Below are positions 24,149-37,700 of a DNA stretch of 64,000 nucleotides, in pieces (positions within the stretch are counted from its first letter, which is position 1; every line of letters begins with the position of its first letter). A model generated the notes under the pieces. It saw only the letters and a program-made list of their open reading frames with translations. It had not been told where the DNA came from and made no database searches. The stretch is from Trichoplax adhaerens (taxonomy: Eukaryota > Animalia > Placozoa): positions 12,881-76,880 of the forward strand of contig NW_002060985.1 in the NCBI RefSeq assembly GCF_000150275.1. Direction: 5' to 3'. The translations under genes and the position numbers were made by a program.

Positions 24149-26134
24149 ACTACTTCAACACTGACTGGTAGATTGTACATTATATCTAATGCTCCGGTGT
24201 ACACTATAATATTATAACAAATCACAACAATGATACAAATCAAGTTGCCAATTTAATACCATTAAGGTTAATGCATTAACTCTATTTAATAATTGCAATA
24301 CTGTATAAATAATATACGGATAGTATGAAACGATCGGAAATTAAAATTGAATCTAGCTAATCTTGCACGCTTTAAATGCCTAAAATTATAATTGATGTTA
24401 AAAAGAGGATGACTGTGAATGCAATATTTCAAATTCGGTATTTGATCTATCTTCTTGTTTTGCATAGAAATGTTTTGACTGATTATTCCGATTTACTACT
24501 TGAAAGATTTGACTGGGAATATATTATTTTTCAAATTCGCTTATTTGATCTACCCTTAGATCCTTCATATCGATACTATAACCTCTTACTTCGATTTAGT
24601 ACGGGTACTTAAAAAGCTTCTGACAGTAAATCTGTCAAATTCTCTTTTCTGATCTACCCTTATGTCTTGCATATCTATGCTATTGCTAGGTCAAATTTAC
24701 TGAGCTAATAATTTTATAGAAGTATAAACTACTATATACTGTAGGTCATCAAATCATTGCTAATTTTCAATAAAATTGGGTTATTTGTATAAATATCACT
24801 TAATTCTAAGCTAGTAAAAGAGGTAGTTACTGTCATGATGGCCATCAATAATTAATCTGTTTAAATGATACAACACTCAAACTAGACTTTAATAGCAGTA
24901 AATACCATTATCATGAACAGTAGTTAATCATTCCATTGGCTATCATAGCGCAGCTCTAGTTAAGGAGGAAATCTTCCACTCGATGATTTAGCTGCAGTAA
25001 ATTGCTGAAATAGATCGAAGCCAAATCCTTGATTCACATTTCAGTAGATGATCATCACTCGAGCTCAATATTGCAAGTTTAAAGTTACTAATTGCAGTTG
25101 TGGAAGATCTGCAGTGTGCATTAAGATTGTACTCCTGCTATTCATTTCCCGGACAATTTATTCCTCAAGTTTCTGTCTAAGTTACAATCACTAAAGCCAA
25201 TTTTAGAAGGGTTGAGATTGAGTTTGCAAACTTGGACTATTTGCAATCGATCCTAGAACAGCTTCTAATTGCAAATACGATGTTAGGTTATAATTTGATA
25301 AATCTAAGGAATTGCATGTCCAAGTCGTTAAATTACGAGTATTAAGATTTTTGACGGTTACATGGAATCAAGATATTTGCTTCGTGATACAAAAATTATC
25401 GGTTATAATCGTATAATTATAATTTGAAAGAGTTCAGATTAAAGCTAAAGTAATCGTCAGTATTTAGTATACTAAAATGGATTACATATGTACGAAAAAC
25501 GAGTGATTGTTGCCCACTGCTGTAATATTGCCTGATAATTACATTAATTCTAGTAGAAGCTATATTCGCTATACTTTGCGTGCTCTATATACAGTCTGTA
25601 TCTACTGTAATTATACTTTACTATTGCTGTAAAAGTAACTATCAACAAGTTATTTAGCTCATAATAATACCGTCAGGTTAATACGCTGAACAGGTATGAC
25701 AGCATAAACCTATAAGAAGATTTTAATTTCACGCAAAAAAACCCGCGTAGAAATATGAATTGGAAGCCATTTATTTAGAATATTGTTATGCAGTTAATCA
25801 CTATCTTACACCAAGTAGCAGTTTGTCAACTAAGCCTGGATAAATAAATTAGTTCAATCCACATAGCTTTCAACTGCTCCGTTGCTAGATAACAAACATA
25901 AAAATACAAAAAAAAGACTTGACAGTCGACAGATAGCTTCCCGTAGCGAAGGCTACTGCCAATGCACAGCCACATACTATTTTAATTCCAAATCTAGCAA
26001 CTGTGACCGCAATTGAATAACAGACGATAGTTACTGTTATCGATGTTATACAAAGTTTGATAATAATAAACTCCGCTGTAGTATTACACATCAATCAATG
26101 ATATATGTGCGCAATTTTATGTTAATAACAATAC

Positions 26135-26148
26135 AATAATAATAATTG

Positions 26149-26180
<32 letters not shown>
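26135..26180. repeat. (AAT)n microsatellite, probably in or near the R3H gene 3' UTR
   Basis: Direct reading of an interrupted AAT run. Confidence 0.85.
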
Positions 26181-26915
26181 GGATATTGAAAGGATGCCGC
26201 ATAGTCACTTTATCATAATCTATAAATTTCAATTTTGACGATAAATATATACAATAATTAGGATATCTCACATAATACAGTATTTATTATTATTATTATT
26301 TTTGCCTAGCAATTCTATGCTTGGTAATAGATTGAACTATATCTTAACATATTCACTGTTTTTTAATTTGGTGATTACATAGAGCTTCCATTGTACTGAA
26401 TTATAGCAAGCTTTATCTCGTTTGCCTTTATCAGCAGCTTCTACAGTAATAGGGCTGATGTATATATGTATCTGTAAGGCTTAAACGAATCTATTTCATC
26501 ATATCCAATGATTAACAATCGGATACAATATTACTACATCTAAAAACAAAATATCACTTTTTTCATGTCATGTTACGCCATCCAGACATAGCAAAGCTCC
26601 AAATTTTATATTTATGTTGTATCCTTTACCTAAGTTCGTTTGTTGCGGTAGAAATTTATTTTAAATGGTTCTATAAACATCACCATAAGTTATTTACCAA
26701 CAGTCCCATGATTTGACGATTTACTATAACAATTTCACCCCACTATGGTTGGCATTACCGACGTTATCGATGTGCAAATAATTCATTAAAACAAGATTAA
26801 CGTAACATTAACTCATCCTATCTTACACACATTCGACATCTTGTTATCATCAATCTTATCGTACATCCAATAAAAATTTCCAAAGTAGCAAATAAAACTT
26901 TACACCAATAGATAT

Positions 26916-29900
26916 TTAGTTAACGCCAATAAAATCGTTATTCCCAATGTTTCCTTGCATATCCCTTCTTTCGCGAGAATTTTCTTTTGAATACCGAGGT
27001 CGAAAATGCGATTCATTAGCTCTGCTATTTCCATCAAGAATACGATTTCGTGAACCAGATTTATGATTGTTTATCCTTCCACTTACTGGCTTATCATTCA
27101 TTTGTGTGTAGTGCACGTTCCCAGGTAAAGGTTGAGCAGGAATCATACTTGTATGAACGTAATTATTAGGTGATGGTGCCGGCTGCAAAGGTGTGTAACT
27201 AATTCCATCCTGATGAAAGGACTGTTGATTTTTCATATAAGGTTCATAGGTCATCATAGAGTTTACCATACCTAATCAACAACATACCATAGAATAATCT
27301 CCGTGTTAGATACTCAAGGTGACTTATCGATTGTTACTTATAGTACAGTACATAATGCAGGACATTCTTATATATACGCACGTCTATGCTACAAGATTAG
27401 TTGTAAGCATTACAATAAAGAGAGCCTTACCTTGATTTTGTGCTACAGTCATATTTCCTCCCGATAAGCTTTGATTAACCATTGGTATAGTTGCTGATGA
27501 ATTACTCATAACGCCATAATTGGCAGTCGGTACTTGCGGTACAATCGCTGATTGTTGAACATAATTCATATTGGTAATTGCTTGGTAATTTGCGCCTTGC
27601 TGTTGATTTGTAGCTGGCATCACATTTTGATACATCATCCTCTCTTGTTGCATCGATGAAAAATTTTGTTGAGGATGTTGTTGTTGTAGTATAACTTGTT
27701 GCCTTTTTGGCTCCTGCATATACACTACCGTCGGACCGACAGGTTGACCTTGTGCTACATACATCGGTGAATTTTGAGATGGTGAAGAAATATATTGCTG
27801 CTGTGAAATATTTTGTTGGTTGCTTCCGTTATTAAGCATTAAATTAACATAATTATCTTGTTGTGGATTTGGAACATTCATAACATGTACTGGATAGTTA
27901 GGTGATGCTTGAGGTGATTGTAGAAATTGTGCATTATTCTGATTGACAAGTCTTGGTGATTGGGGTGCAGGCAAGGAGGGTGATGGAGGCTTCGGAACGG
28001 AGTAGTTATTATTGATAAACAACTGTTGTTGAAAACTATTACTTAGATTGCCAATACTGGCGGCCATTTGTGATTGCCTTGAATAATGTTGATAGGCTAA
28101 ATTATCGTTGAGACCAGGCTGTACCAATTGTGGCGTTAAATTACCCGATGGCTGCGCTGTATTTACTTGAACTGCATGCGATAAAATGTTTCCACCAGCA
28201 CTTGGATAAGGGCCATTCCATACAATCTAGTAAGGATAAATTCAATTTTCAAACGATTGATAAAAAATTTTTGAACAGTAGACAGTCCGTAGTGGAATTC
28301 TTAATGAAACAATATATTTAATAATAATATCCTATTCATAATAATTATTACTGCATTACTTGCTGTTGGTTGTTGACATTATTTGGGGGGCGATATACTT
28401 GATTTGCATTTCGTATGAGAGCATTTTGATATTTAGGACCCTTGTTATTAATGTTGGCAGATTTATTACCCGAAATTTTATTTCCTTTAGAACGATTGGC
28501 CTAATAGCCAAAAAATAATAATAAAATAAAGTCCAAAAAATAAGTGTTACACCTTACACTTTTGATTCATGAAAGCAATACTACGTAAGTATCGTTAAAA
28601 TGAGTGTTGTTTGAACGAATTTTTTCTTTAATTTCATTAATAAAATTAAAATCGGGAAACCGTGGAATTTTACTCTACAGAGTATTTATTATCATATTTC
28701 TTTTCATGTAAATAATAGAGTTATAAAAATTAAACTAAAATTAATTCAATATTTACCTTGTTCGTTGAGTAGGCTTTAGTTGCAGTGGTAGTAGTAGTAG
28801 TATTTTCCTTGACAGGAGAAGTACTTATATTTGTGTCACTAATTTTATTGTCTACTTTACTGCTTGTACTGGTATCATCAGGAACATCACAACTAACTTG
28901 AATTTCTACACTACCACCACATGTATCAGTATCAACACCACTATCAATTGATTTGACATTACTTTTACTTGTTGACGAATCGGAATTGTTTCTTCTAGTA
29001 AGTTTCAACAATTGATTTTCTTTCTTGCGTTTAGTATCCATATCGTTAGAATGATTAGTGTCTGTAGTTACAGCTGAATTGAACTTTTCACCGTCGTCAC
29101 CAGTAGCCAAGGCAATAACTGGAGCTTTCTTACATTCTGAAGTAGCGGAGTTATCAAGCGTTGAATCAGTACTTGTCCAACCGCCGACTTCGCTATCTGA
29201 ATGCCAACCCTTGGAACTAATTCTCTTACTTTCATCGTCTAGTCTATAAATGTTGTTTATTTATAGTAAAATAGATTTTCTCCATTTAAGACTGAATACA
29301 ATAGGCTCACGAAAAACAATATAACATTGACAAATACCTATCAAATGAGGCGTGTGATACATTGAACTAAAATAATAGTCAGCCAGGAAGACAAGATACC
29401 GAGAAATGAATAATAAAATTTTAATAACCAATTGTAACAATCACTTTGACTAATAGGCGGCTATGACGTAAAAAATATTTATTAACCATAAAAGGATAAA
29501 AAATGGCTTACATTTTGGTTGAATATCCGAGCACGAGCTTTTTCATATTCTTCCTCTCGCTCTTCAATAGATTTGGATCGTTTTTCTGTTAAGTTTTCAC
29601 CTTGATTCTAAATAAGGATGCAAATTATATGTCAGGAAATAATGTTCGCCTCCAAAACTGATAAACTTTTCAACGCTATTATTAAAAGGGACACATGATC
29701 ATGTCGATAATTACTCGAGATGCATTAGGGTTGATATTTTTATCTTCGAAGGCAGCAGGCTGGCGTTTCAGGATAGCTTTAGGTGGTAAGGAGGCGGTAT
29801 TGGCTTCAATATTAGCAATAATATCTTAAAATTCTGCACTAATCTACTACAGAAAGGAAAGTAATAGAAAGAAAGGAAAGGCTTAAAATCGGAATAGAAG

Positions 29901-31711
29901 GCATTCATAAAATCAGTATATCAATTTATATTTATAGGATTGTCATGAGAAAAATTCACTTCAGTAATACAAGGATGTTGTATTAATTAGTCAAGATCGA
30001 GAAGTTTAACTGATCTCGATCCAATTTACTATACATACAGTATAGAAGGATAGATGATCTCGTCAATATGGAGATATATTATACTGTATACGGGTATACT
30101 AAATAAATAATTACGTTACTAACTCTTCATTGAAATGAATAATATATTGCTATGTTGCGCACAGATCAATATTAGCTATAGTTACTTGTTAAGAAATTCA
30201 ATGGTGTAGAAATCAACTTACTGCCTTGTATTTGGTACTTTAGTAATAATGACTGCTTTGCCTGATGCATCCACATTATGTTCCAAACCAAAATATGCAG
30301 CAACACGATGAATGACCATCCTATAATAGGAGGTCATTGGTGGGCAAATTTTGGATTGTAACTTATTATCGGCCAAAAATGCTCGAATATCTTCTTCCAC
30401 ACTTAATAGAAATGTCCGTAACTTTGGATCTTGCAATTTTTCGTATACGAAAGCGCGAACATCATTACCGCTATTATCTGTATAACCAACTTGTTCTGTT
30501 GTACATGTCGGCACTTAAAAATCAATCAAAATGAACATTCTATGTTTAAAATACAATTTCATGATTGAACTATTGTATCTGGCGTAAAAGTAGTTTTCAA
30601 GCAGTATATTTTAGTAGTACTATAGTAGTAGTGGTGGTAGTATGAGTAGAAATCGTAGTAAGTATACCATTGGACGTTTCATTTATTGTTTTTGCACTGG
30701 TTGATTCGCTCGCGATGGAATTGCTACTACTGTTGATGTTACTTGTGCTAGGCTAGAAGAATTGAAGTATCAAAATGAAGGAATAAGACTAGAGAGCAAT
30801 AAAATAAATGAATTTCACCCTATTGATTAATAAACGTCTCTTATTGCAGATTGAGTATACATACTTGCCTTGATAGTCAAAAGCATGATAGTCATAAAAC
30901 TCTATTATTTAAACAGTTTAACCTTTCTTCTTACCGTTGCATTAGTAGTAGTCGATGGTGGCAATGTTGTACTATCATATAAAGCGTGACTTCTTGGTAA
31001 TGTTTTGAATTTGGGATGAGACTAGTCATCGTCATTGCAACATAAATACAAAAAAAAACGCATAAGAAACTAGCTGTATTGATCGATGACATTACCTATT
31101 GTATTGCAATGGAATAATGCAACAAAAACACTACTAAATTCAAGTCATTAATACACGTATATATATATTAAAATCAATGATATTGTTAATTAATACTTAC
31201 AGTACGTGACGTTGTCACATTGGACGAATCCTCTTCATTGGATAATCTATCAGCATCCGTATTACTATTAATCTAATAGTCAAGTAAATAGTTATTTATA
31301 ATTTTCATCTTTTCCATTTTTTTTGTATATATACAACTGATATACAAGATGGATAACTTTACAATAGAAGCAGAGTTAATGTTAAACAGTTATCAACAAC
31401 TTTTATGCTAGAACGTAATTTAGCATAGCCATTCATTGTTATCTAACATGATTGGAAATTAAGTAACACATCGATATAAATATATATCTTTATCCATTTA
31501 TCTATCCATAGAGATGGGGTAAGAGAAGCGAATAAGTCAAGTTACTACTGTAGTTTAGGTGGGTATTTTATAATCCAAATCCATCATGGATACTACCCAG
31601 TCATGCTAGTATAGAATTAGCCTATTACAATACTATTAATCCATATCGAGCATTCTTGTACAGTGAAAAACGAACCTGTGTTTCATCCAAGACGTTGGGT
31701 TGTTCAGCCAT
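26916..31711 (-). CDS. R3HDM: R3H and SUZ domain RNA-binding protein (R3HDM1/2, ARPP21, encore family), ~868 aa. Coding exons: 31711-31676, 31272-31201, 31021-30935, 30752-30668, 30513-30222, 29843-29715, 29607-29512, 29366-29338, 29243-28757, 28500-28360, 28226-27431, 27271-26916
   Basis: R3H exon YTDNSGNDV...PPMTSYYRMVIHRVAAYFGLEHNVDASGKAVIITK..NTR; ILKR and RSKSIEEREEEYEKARARIF (SUZ); WTSTDS motif; Q/N/P-rich C-terminus. All introns are GT-AG with consistent phases except a 1-nt discrepancy near 29826. The last exon end is less certain. Confidence 0.9.
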
Positions 31712-34700
31712 ATTTTTATTTCTCTTAATGATGGCTTGTTTTAATTTCTCAAAAAAAGGATAACTGCAAGGATAAAAAAAAATCCAACATTTATTGATTT
31801 GAAACGATAATGAAAGTTGTACACTATTCTATTGTCATTTATAATAAGATTAAATAACTTCATATTGACATCTTTAGAATAGGACAAAATGATCGATAAA
31901 GGAAATGAGTACGACCAAGGTGAAACTAGACGCTATTTTATAATTAAGATTATTATGAAGGAGAGAATCGAAGTTGTAGTCGGTGTGCCGACAAGAAAAT
32001 AAAAAAAAATTTAAACTCAAACGGCATCTTCAATGTATTATTATTATGAAATTAGAGTATTGTAAAATAACGGATGCGAATTACTGCACATGTATTTCCT
32101 ATATAGTGGTATCACTAGAAGTGTAATCTTACCGTCAATAAAAGCACATACACACAAAATGCAACTTTTTCTCCTTTCAATGATAACTTGAAGAGTTGTA
32201 GTTGTTTTTCCGCTCTTGTAAACTTTTGCTTCTTTGGAACGATTGGATTGGATTTGATGATCGTCTTGGTCGCCTCTTCCTAGTTGGAAAAAGAGGATAA
32301 CCTATACCCAATGATCTGTAAACTTGCAAAGTTGATTTGAAGTACCCAATGAATAATAATAGAATCAATTGCTTGTACGTTAAATTAACTTGAATTTCTA
32401 TAACGATTTAATGAAACATGATCGGCTTGTACATTATATTTCAGTCACTTCATCCATGCCTTTAGATGAGCAGCCAAGACATAGGAAAAAAAAACGAAAG
32501 TACAGCTTCAATTGAGTTGTCAAGAAGAGAAAAAAACAAGAGAGAATCAATGTTTCAAAAGGTTGATTCTTGTCGAGTGGCATATCGAAATGTCATGTGT
32601 AAGTGTTGTGTCTACGTCAACACATTATATTATTATCGTCGTTGGATACCCTATCGATTGGCAGTGCTGTAGGTTCTCTATTCCTCATCTTTCAAATACT
32701 CCATCTCCAACGAGATCGATAGCATCACAAGTGTGTAGAAATGTCCGTTGTTCATCGTTATGAACAGATATGTCTTATTGGAGAATAATCAAGGTGCACA
32801 GTAATCACGTATTCGTGTCGAGATCGACAGAGCATAGTATCATCAAGGAAGATTACTGAGACCCTGATCCTAAGTTTCTCCGGGTCTTCAAGTGTATATC
32901 AATTAAGGGTGACGAAATGCAATCCGATGGACATTTTCAAATTAACTACGCATCCTTTTTTTTTACCTGAAAGTGTCGGTAGTGTAACAAAATGGTTGTC
33001 ATAGGCAGAGTCAAAGCCAACCTGAGAACTAGTCAAGGGAATGGTGCTAATTTTTCAATCAACCTGATTGATAAAAAAAAGAAAAGCCATTTGAGCTTCG
33101 ATGGAAGAAAAAAAAATAGGAATACCTTGAAGATGAATGCTAACTTTAGATAATCATGTAGAGGTTACCATGGATAATCTATTTTTTTATTTGGTGGGCG
33201 TATAAAGACATTTATTTGTCAGTAGGAACAGGACCAAATATTAAATAATAGCTAATAAAATTACAAGCAATCGACTTTACTTCCACTTCAACGGGAGTGT
33301 AGAAATGAATAAATGATTTTATTATAACTAGAAAAGGATTGGATTTTGCATGGAGTTGATGTCGATGTTGTTGATGGAAAGCAAGGTAAGCATGTTATTT
33401 CTTTCTAGCTAATTCTAGCGGGTGAATGATACAAGGATGATGATAGGTCTAAAAGGAGAACATGTGCTGCTAGTAATTTTGACTGTTAATAAATGATGAT
33501 TATCCATCTGCATCAACAGTAAGTTGGTTAGTGATGATGACGTAAAACAAAGCCAGACAATTTAATATATAATAGCTTGTCCTGCATTATCTATACATTG
33601 ACTTGAGTTATAGCAATGTAAAGAAAGAGGAAAAAAATTAAAAAATTTTACGTCAATGTTCACAACTTTTACACCAATCACAAGCATAACTGATGGACTT
33701 ATTGATTAACAAATTATCGATTCAAGACTAGAGTTAACAGTAGGTAATGCTATAAATAGTACAGGATGTCAAATCTTGACAATATCATTTCCTGACATTT
33801 AAAAAAAAAATTAAAAAAATAAAATAAAAAATAAATAAATGCGAGTTTACTCTATTAGGGATCCACTAGATTAGGTGACGAGCAAGAGTTAACAAGATCG
33901 CTTCCAACCACACGGTGGCCATCAATATGATTGCAATGGCTATGCATTGCCTTGTAAAGGCAATTTCGACCTATTCTAGTAATCCAACTCTTTATTGGAC
34001 TATCGTTGGATGGACAGTAGATACTTTCTCTTTGCTACCTGACAACGATGATGATACTGTTATGGAATGGCCATTAGTTTAATGGCAAACCCACGATAAC
34101 AGAATCAATCATCATCACTTGATTAACTGCAGACCCGGTGAACAAATAGTCAATTTTATTTTATCAGTAGAACTCTTGCTACATTATTCTACATGGTCAA
34201 TGAATTCTATTCTATCCACACAGTCGATAACTTACAAATCGTCCATTTCAAAGTCATTAGCATAAAGGGACATGAAGAAAATAGAGTTACAGTCAAGAGC
34301 AATACAAGGTCGATTGGGGATAAAAGAATCTATTGGTCATAGAAAAGAATACCCCACTAATTATTTATACATGGACTCAATACTGTAGGAAATGATATGG
34401 AATTTAAAATAGACATGATGAGGGCTCGTAGTGCATATTGTAGTCGGCACAAATGTCCGGAACTGTATTGTATAATTTCACTCCTTGTGACGTCAAATGA
34501 TGAAAAGAGCTAATTTTCCAACATTCAAAATGAGGAAGAAGATAAAAAAAGAATAAAATCATCATTTTGACGTGATTAATCAATCTATTTTTGTCATTGC
34601 TGTATCTTTTCAACATTTCAACGGCCATTAAAGATGGTGGTCATCAAGGCCTTGATAGAGCATTTCCATGTCGTTTTGATAGTATTTCAAGGTATGCGAT

Positions 34701-37700
34701 CGGATTGTAACAACTCGTTTATTTCTTCTTCATCGTTACCCGTCCACTTCAGTAGAAGATATCTCTCATCTTGAGTAAAACAATCTTATCTATGAGTATG
34801 TAGTCTTCAGTGGATTTGAGGGTTGGTGAGACAGCATCAAGTCATTCATGTGCTTATTTTAATAATCGGATCCTGTCTACTTTACATTTGATTCATCAAT
34901 TTGTTCAATAGTACTGTATAGTAGATACCAAAAATAAAGTAATGAATAGCTCAAAGTTGGGCCAATAACCCTTACCATTCCAATTTCTCATGGGCATAGG
35001 ATTACCTCTACAGTAGAAGGGAACTTCTCTACTCGTAGTCCTTGGATCATCCATCTTGATTCGAAAGCACAATATCCCTAACTCGTCTATTCCACTTAAA
35101 CTTGAGCTGCAAGAACTTTTCCTTCAAAAGTAAATCGACTATGACTTGATGCTCAACACTCTCCATAAAGATGATTCCAACCAATAGCTTATGATGGTTA
35201 TAATAAAATCCCGTCTAGCTAGCATCGACATTGAAGGTAATCATCCTTCCTGACACTCTCCCTTTTTAGCTATTCAGAATCTTATGATGTAGCAGACTAG
35301 CTGCTCTCTCTCTCTATGGATGATGCAAGTATTTTAATACCATTACACCCCAGGCGTTTGTAGCCGTAGATTGGATGTAAGCAACTAGGTAGAGGCAGTA
35401 TCTTTCGTATTGGCTACGCTGGGACAGTTATACTGTATGAACTCATCGAAATAAAGTTGCATTCATTTCAAATTGATGATGGTCATTTTAGTAGTCTATG
35501 ATCTCATCGACTTTACATTAACCATCTAGCTTAAGATGTACCATTGCTGCCCATTCTACTCGACAACCAGTCTATCTCGACTGCCTATTCTAGTATCAAT
35601 TCCGTCTCATCTCGCCTTCAACATTGACTGTCCATCACCAAAATGGATTGAAGGTACTATAGTTGCTCATCTCATTGCTCCAACAACTTGATCGATATTA
35701 CTATTGGTTATTGTATCCATTCAACCCGTTTTAAATTGTTGTCTACAGTATTTTGGTTCGGTTAGACAGTACAGTATAGAATTGATCAACTCCTACGTGG
35801 ATCGCTGCATTCATTCAATCTCATCTCGTTATCCATATTCTATTGATACTTATACATGGTAACCGCCATTGAAATGGTTGCTGATCCAACTCATAACGAA
35901 TTTATCCAAGTAGTCCGTTATAATGGATGAAGTATTTCAACCGCTGAGTGGGTTAACTCATCGTTCAACCATGGTTTGATGAATTCGATGTCCATTTGTA
36001 TTGAAACATGGCCATAAGCGATTTGGATAGGGTAGAGTCCAATCCTTGCTCATCTCACTCATAACGAGTTCATCGCTCTTGCTAAGTATTGTGCATCTAT
36101 CTCTCTTATAGTACTGTAGATCACTTTCCATCATTTATACCGTATAGAGTTGATCCATTCCACACTGACATGGGGGATCATCGCGATATGGATTGGGTAG
36201 TATATCAAAGCTTGCTTATCCAACTCATCACTATTGTAATTCATGTCCTCGGTCTACCCTTTGTCGATCTCTATTACTGCAGATCCCTAGCCATCCTTTT
36301 TTATATACTGTATATAGAGTTGATGAACAAACACTAGTTGGATCTACTCAACATTGACATGGGTGATATTGATTAGGTAGTGTACAAACCTTGTTCATCC
36401 AACTCATCACTACAGCTGTTCATCTCTCTAGTTAAACATTCGTCGATCAGTTGGATCCATTTTATTAGCTCGTCTTGTATATCCTTCGTCGATCTCCATC
36501 TTACGGTACATCACTTTCCAACATTAAACAGCGCGCACTTGGTACACCGTTGATTTCATCCATTCAATCTCATCTCGTTTTCAATCTTGCTAGACATCAA
36601 CTCCAAACCATCACCTGCTTGTTGTATCATGACTATCTTTTGACATGACTCATATACAACGACGTCGCTTGCATTAGGAAGATGATCTTCCTGATACATT
36701 AGTCAGACATAGTCCCCGTTCTTTCTTCCATCCCAACCAATTTATTCACCAACACTGTTAGCACTTTGTATGGCCCATTCCCCCAATCACATATCACTCC
36801 AATCTATGGCCATACTCTAGTCTTACCTTCAAAATTGTTTCATCATCGATCCTTCATTGACTACCCACTCATTCTTATTTTCATCAACCGTTTGATCATG
36901 CCAAGGAAATTATTGCTGTAAACGTGAGCGAACTAGAATTGTCTCTATCAAGTCGGAACTGTAGTCCACTTTCGAATAATGATGAGACAATAGACATACA
37001 GTCAAGAGTTATTGTTATTATCATCCTTCTGAAACCAAATGGATTTGTTGTTTAATCGTTCCTATTTGCTTGCTAGGGTAAAAGAATAGTGTTGGAAAAG
37101 CATAGAGGTTATCAACGCTTGGCCATAAGTCTACTTTGACTAATGGTACCTTGGATGAGTCGACCGTAATTAATGTATTGAACATGGATCATAGGCTGTA
37201 TCAAGAACGTTATCCCTTATTCCATGATTGAATGTTTTTTTATGGATGCTTTATATTCATCTCAACGTTGACAAAAGTAATTTTTATTTTCGTAGTTTTT
37301 TCCTCCTTCTATGTTTATCTTGATATTGAAGAGAGGACCCTAATCCGATTCTCTCTTCAAAAAGATTGTCATCGATTTCTATCCAACTTGTAGACAATGG
37401 CAACAAGACCTTAGGTCAACAAGAAACTACTTTGTGTCCATTTCTATTGCCTTCATAGATCATTTCCGTAGCAGTTAGAAATCATTTCCCATCGAGAGGA
37501 GGCATGCTATTAACAATTTGCTAGCATCCAAGTCATAGCACTGGCTCAGCCTCTCCATTTCATTCTACGAAGAAACGGCAACTCGATCAAATCGTTCATG
37601 GAGGATATGGAAGTTCTTTTTATTATTATGACTATTCTTCAGACAGTGAAAGCCACGACAACTAGAATAAGCAAAGCAATACTATCCAAATGAAGAATTT

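Noticed and set aside
26620-26790. Possible extra 3' exon of the R3H gene
   Set aside because: Frames are short and stop-interrupted, with no recognisable family motif; treated as probable UTR.
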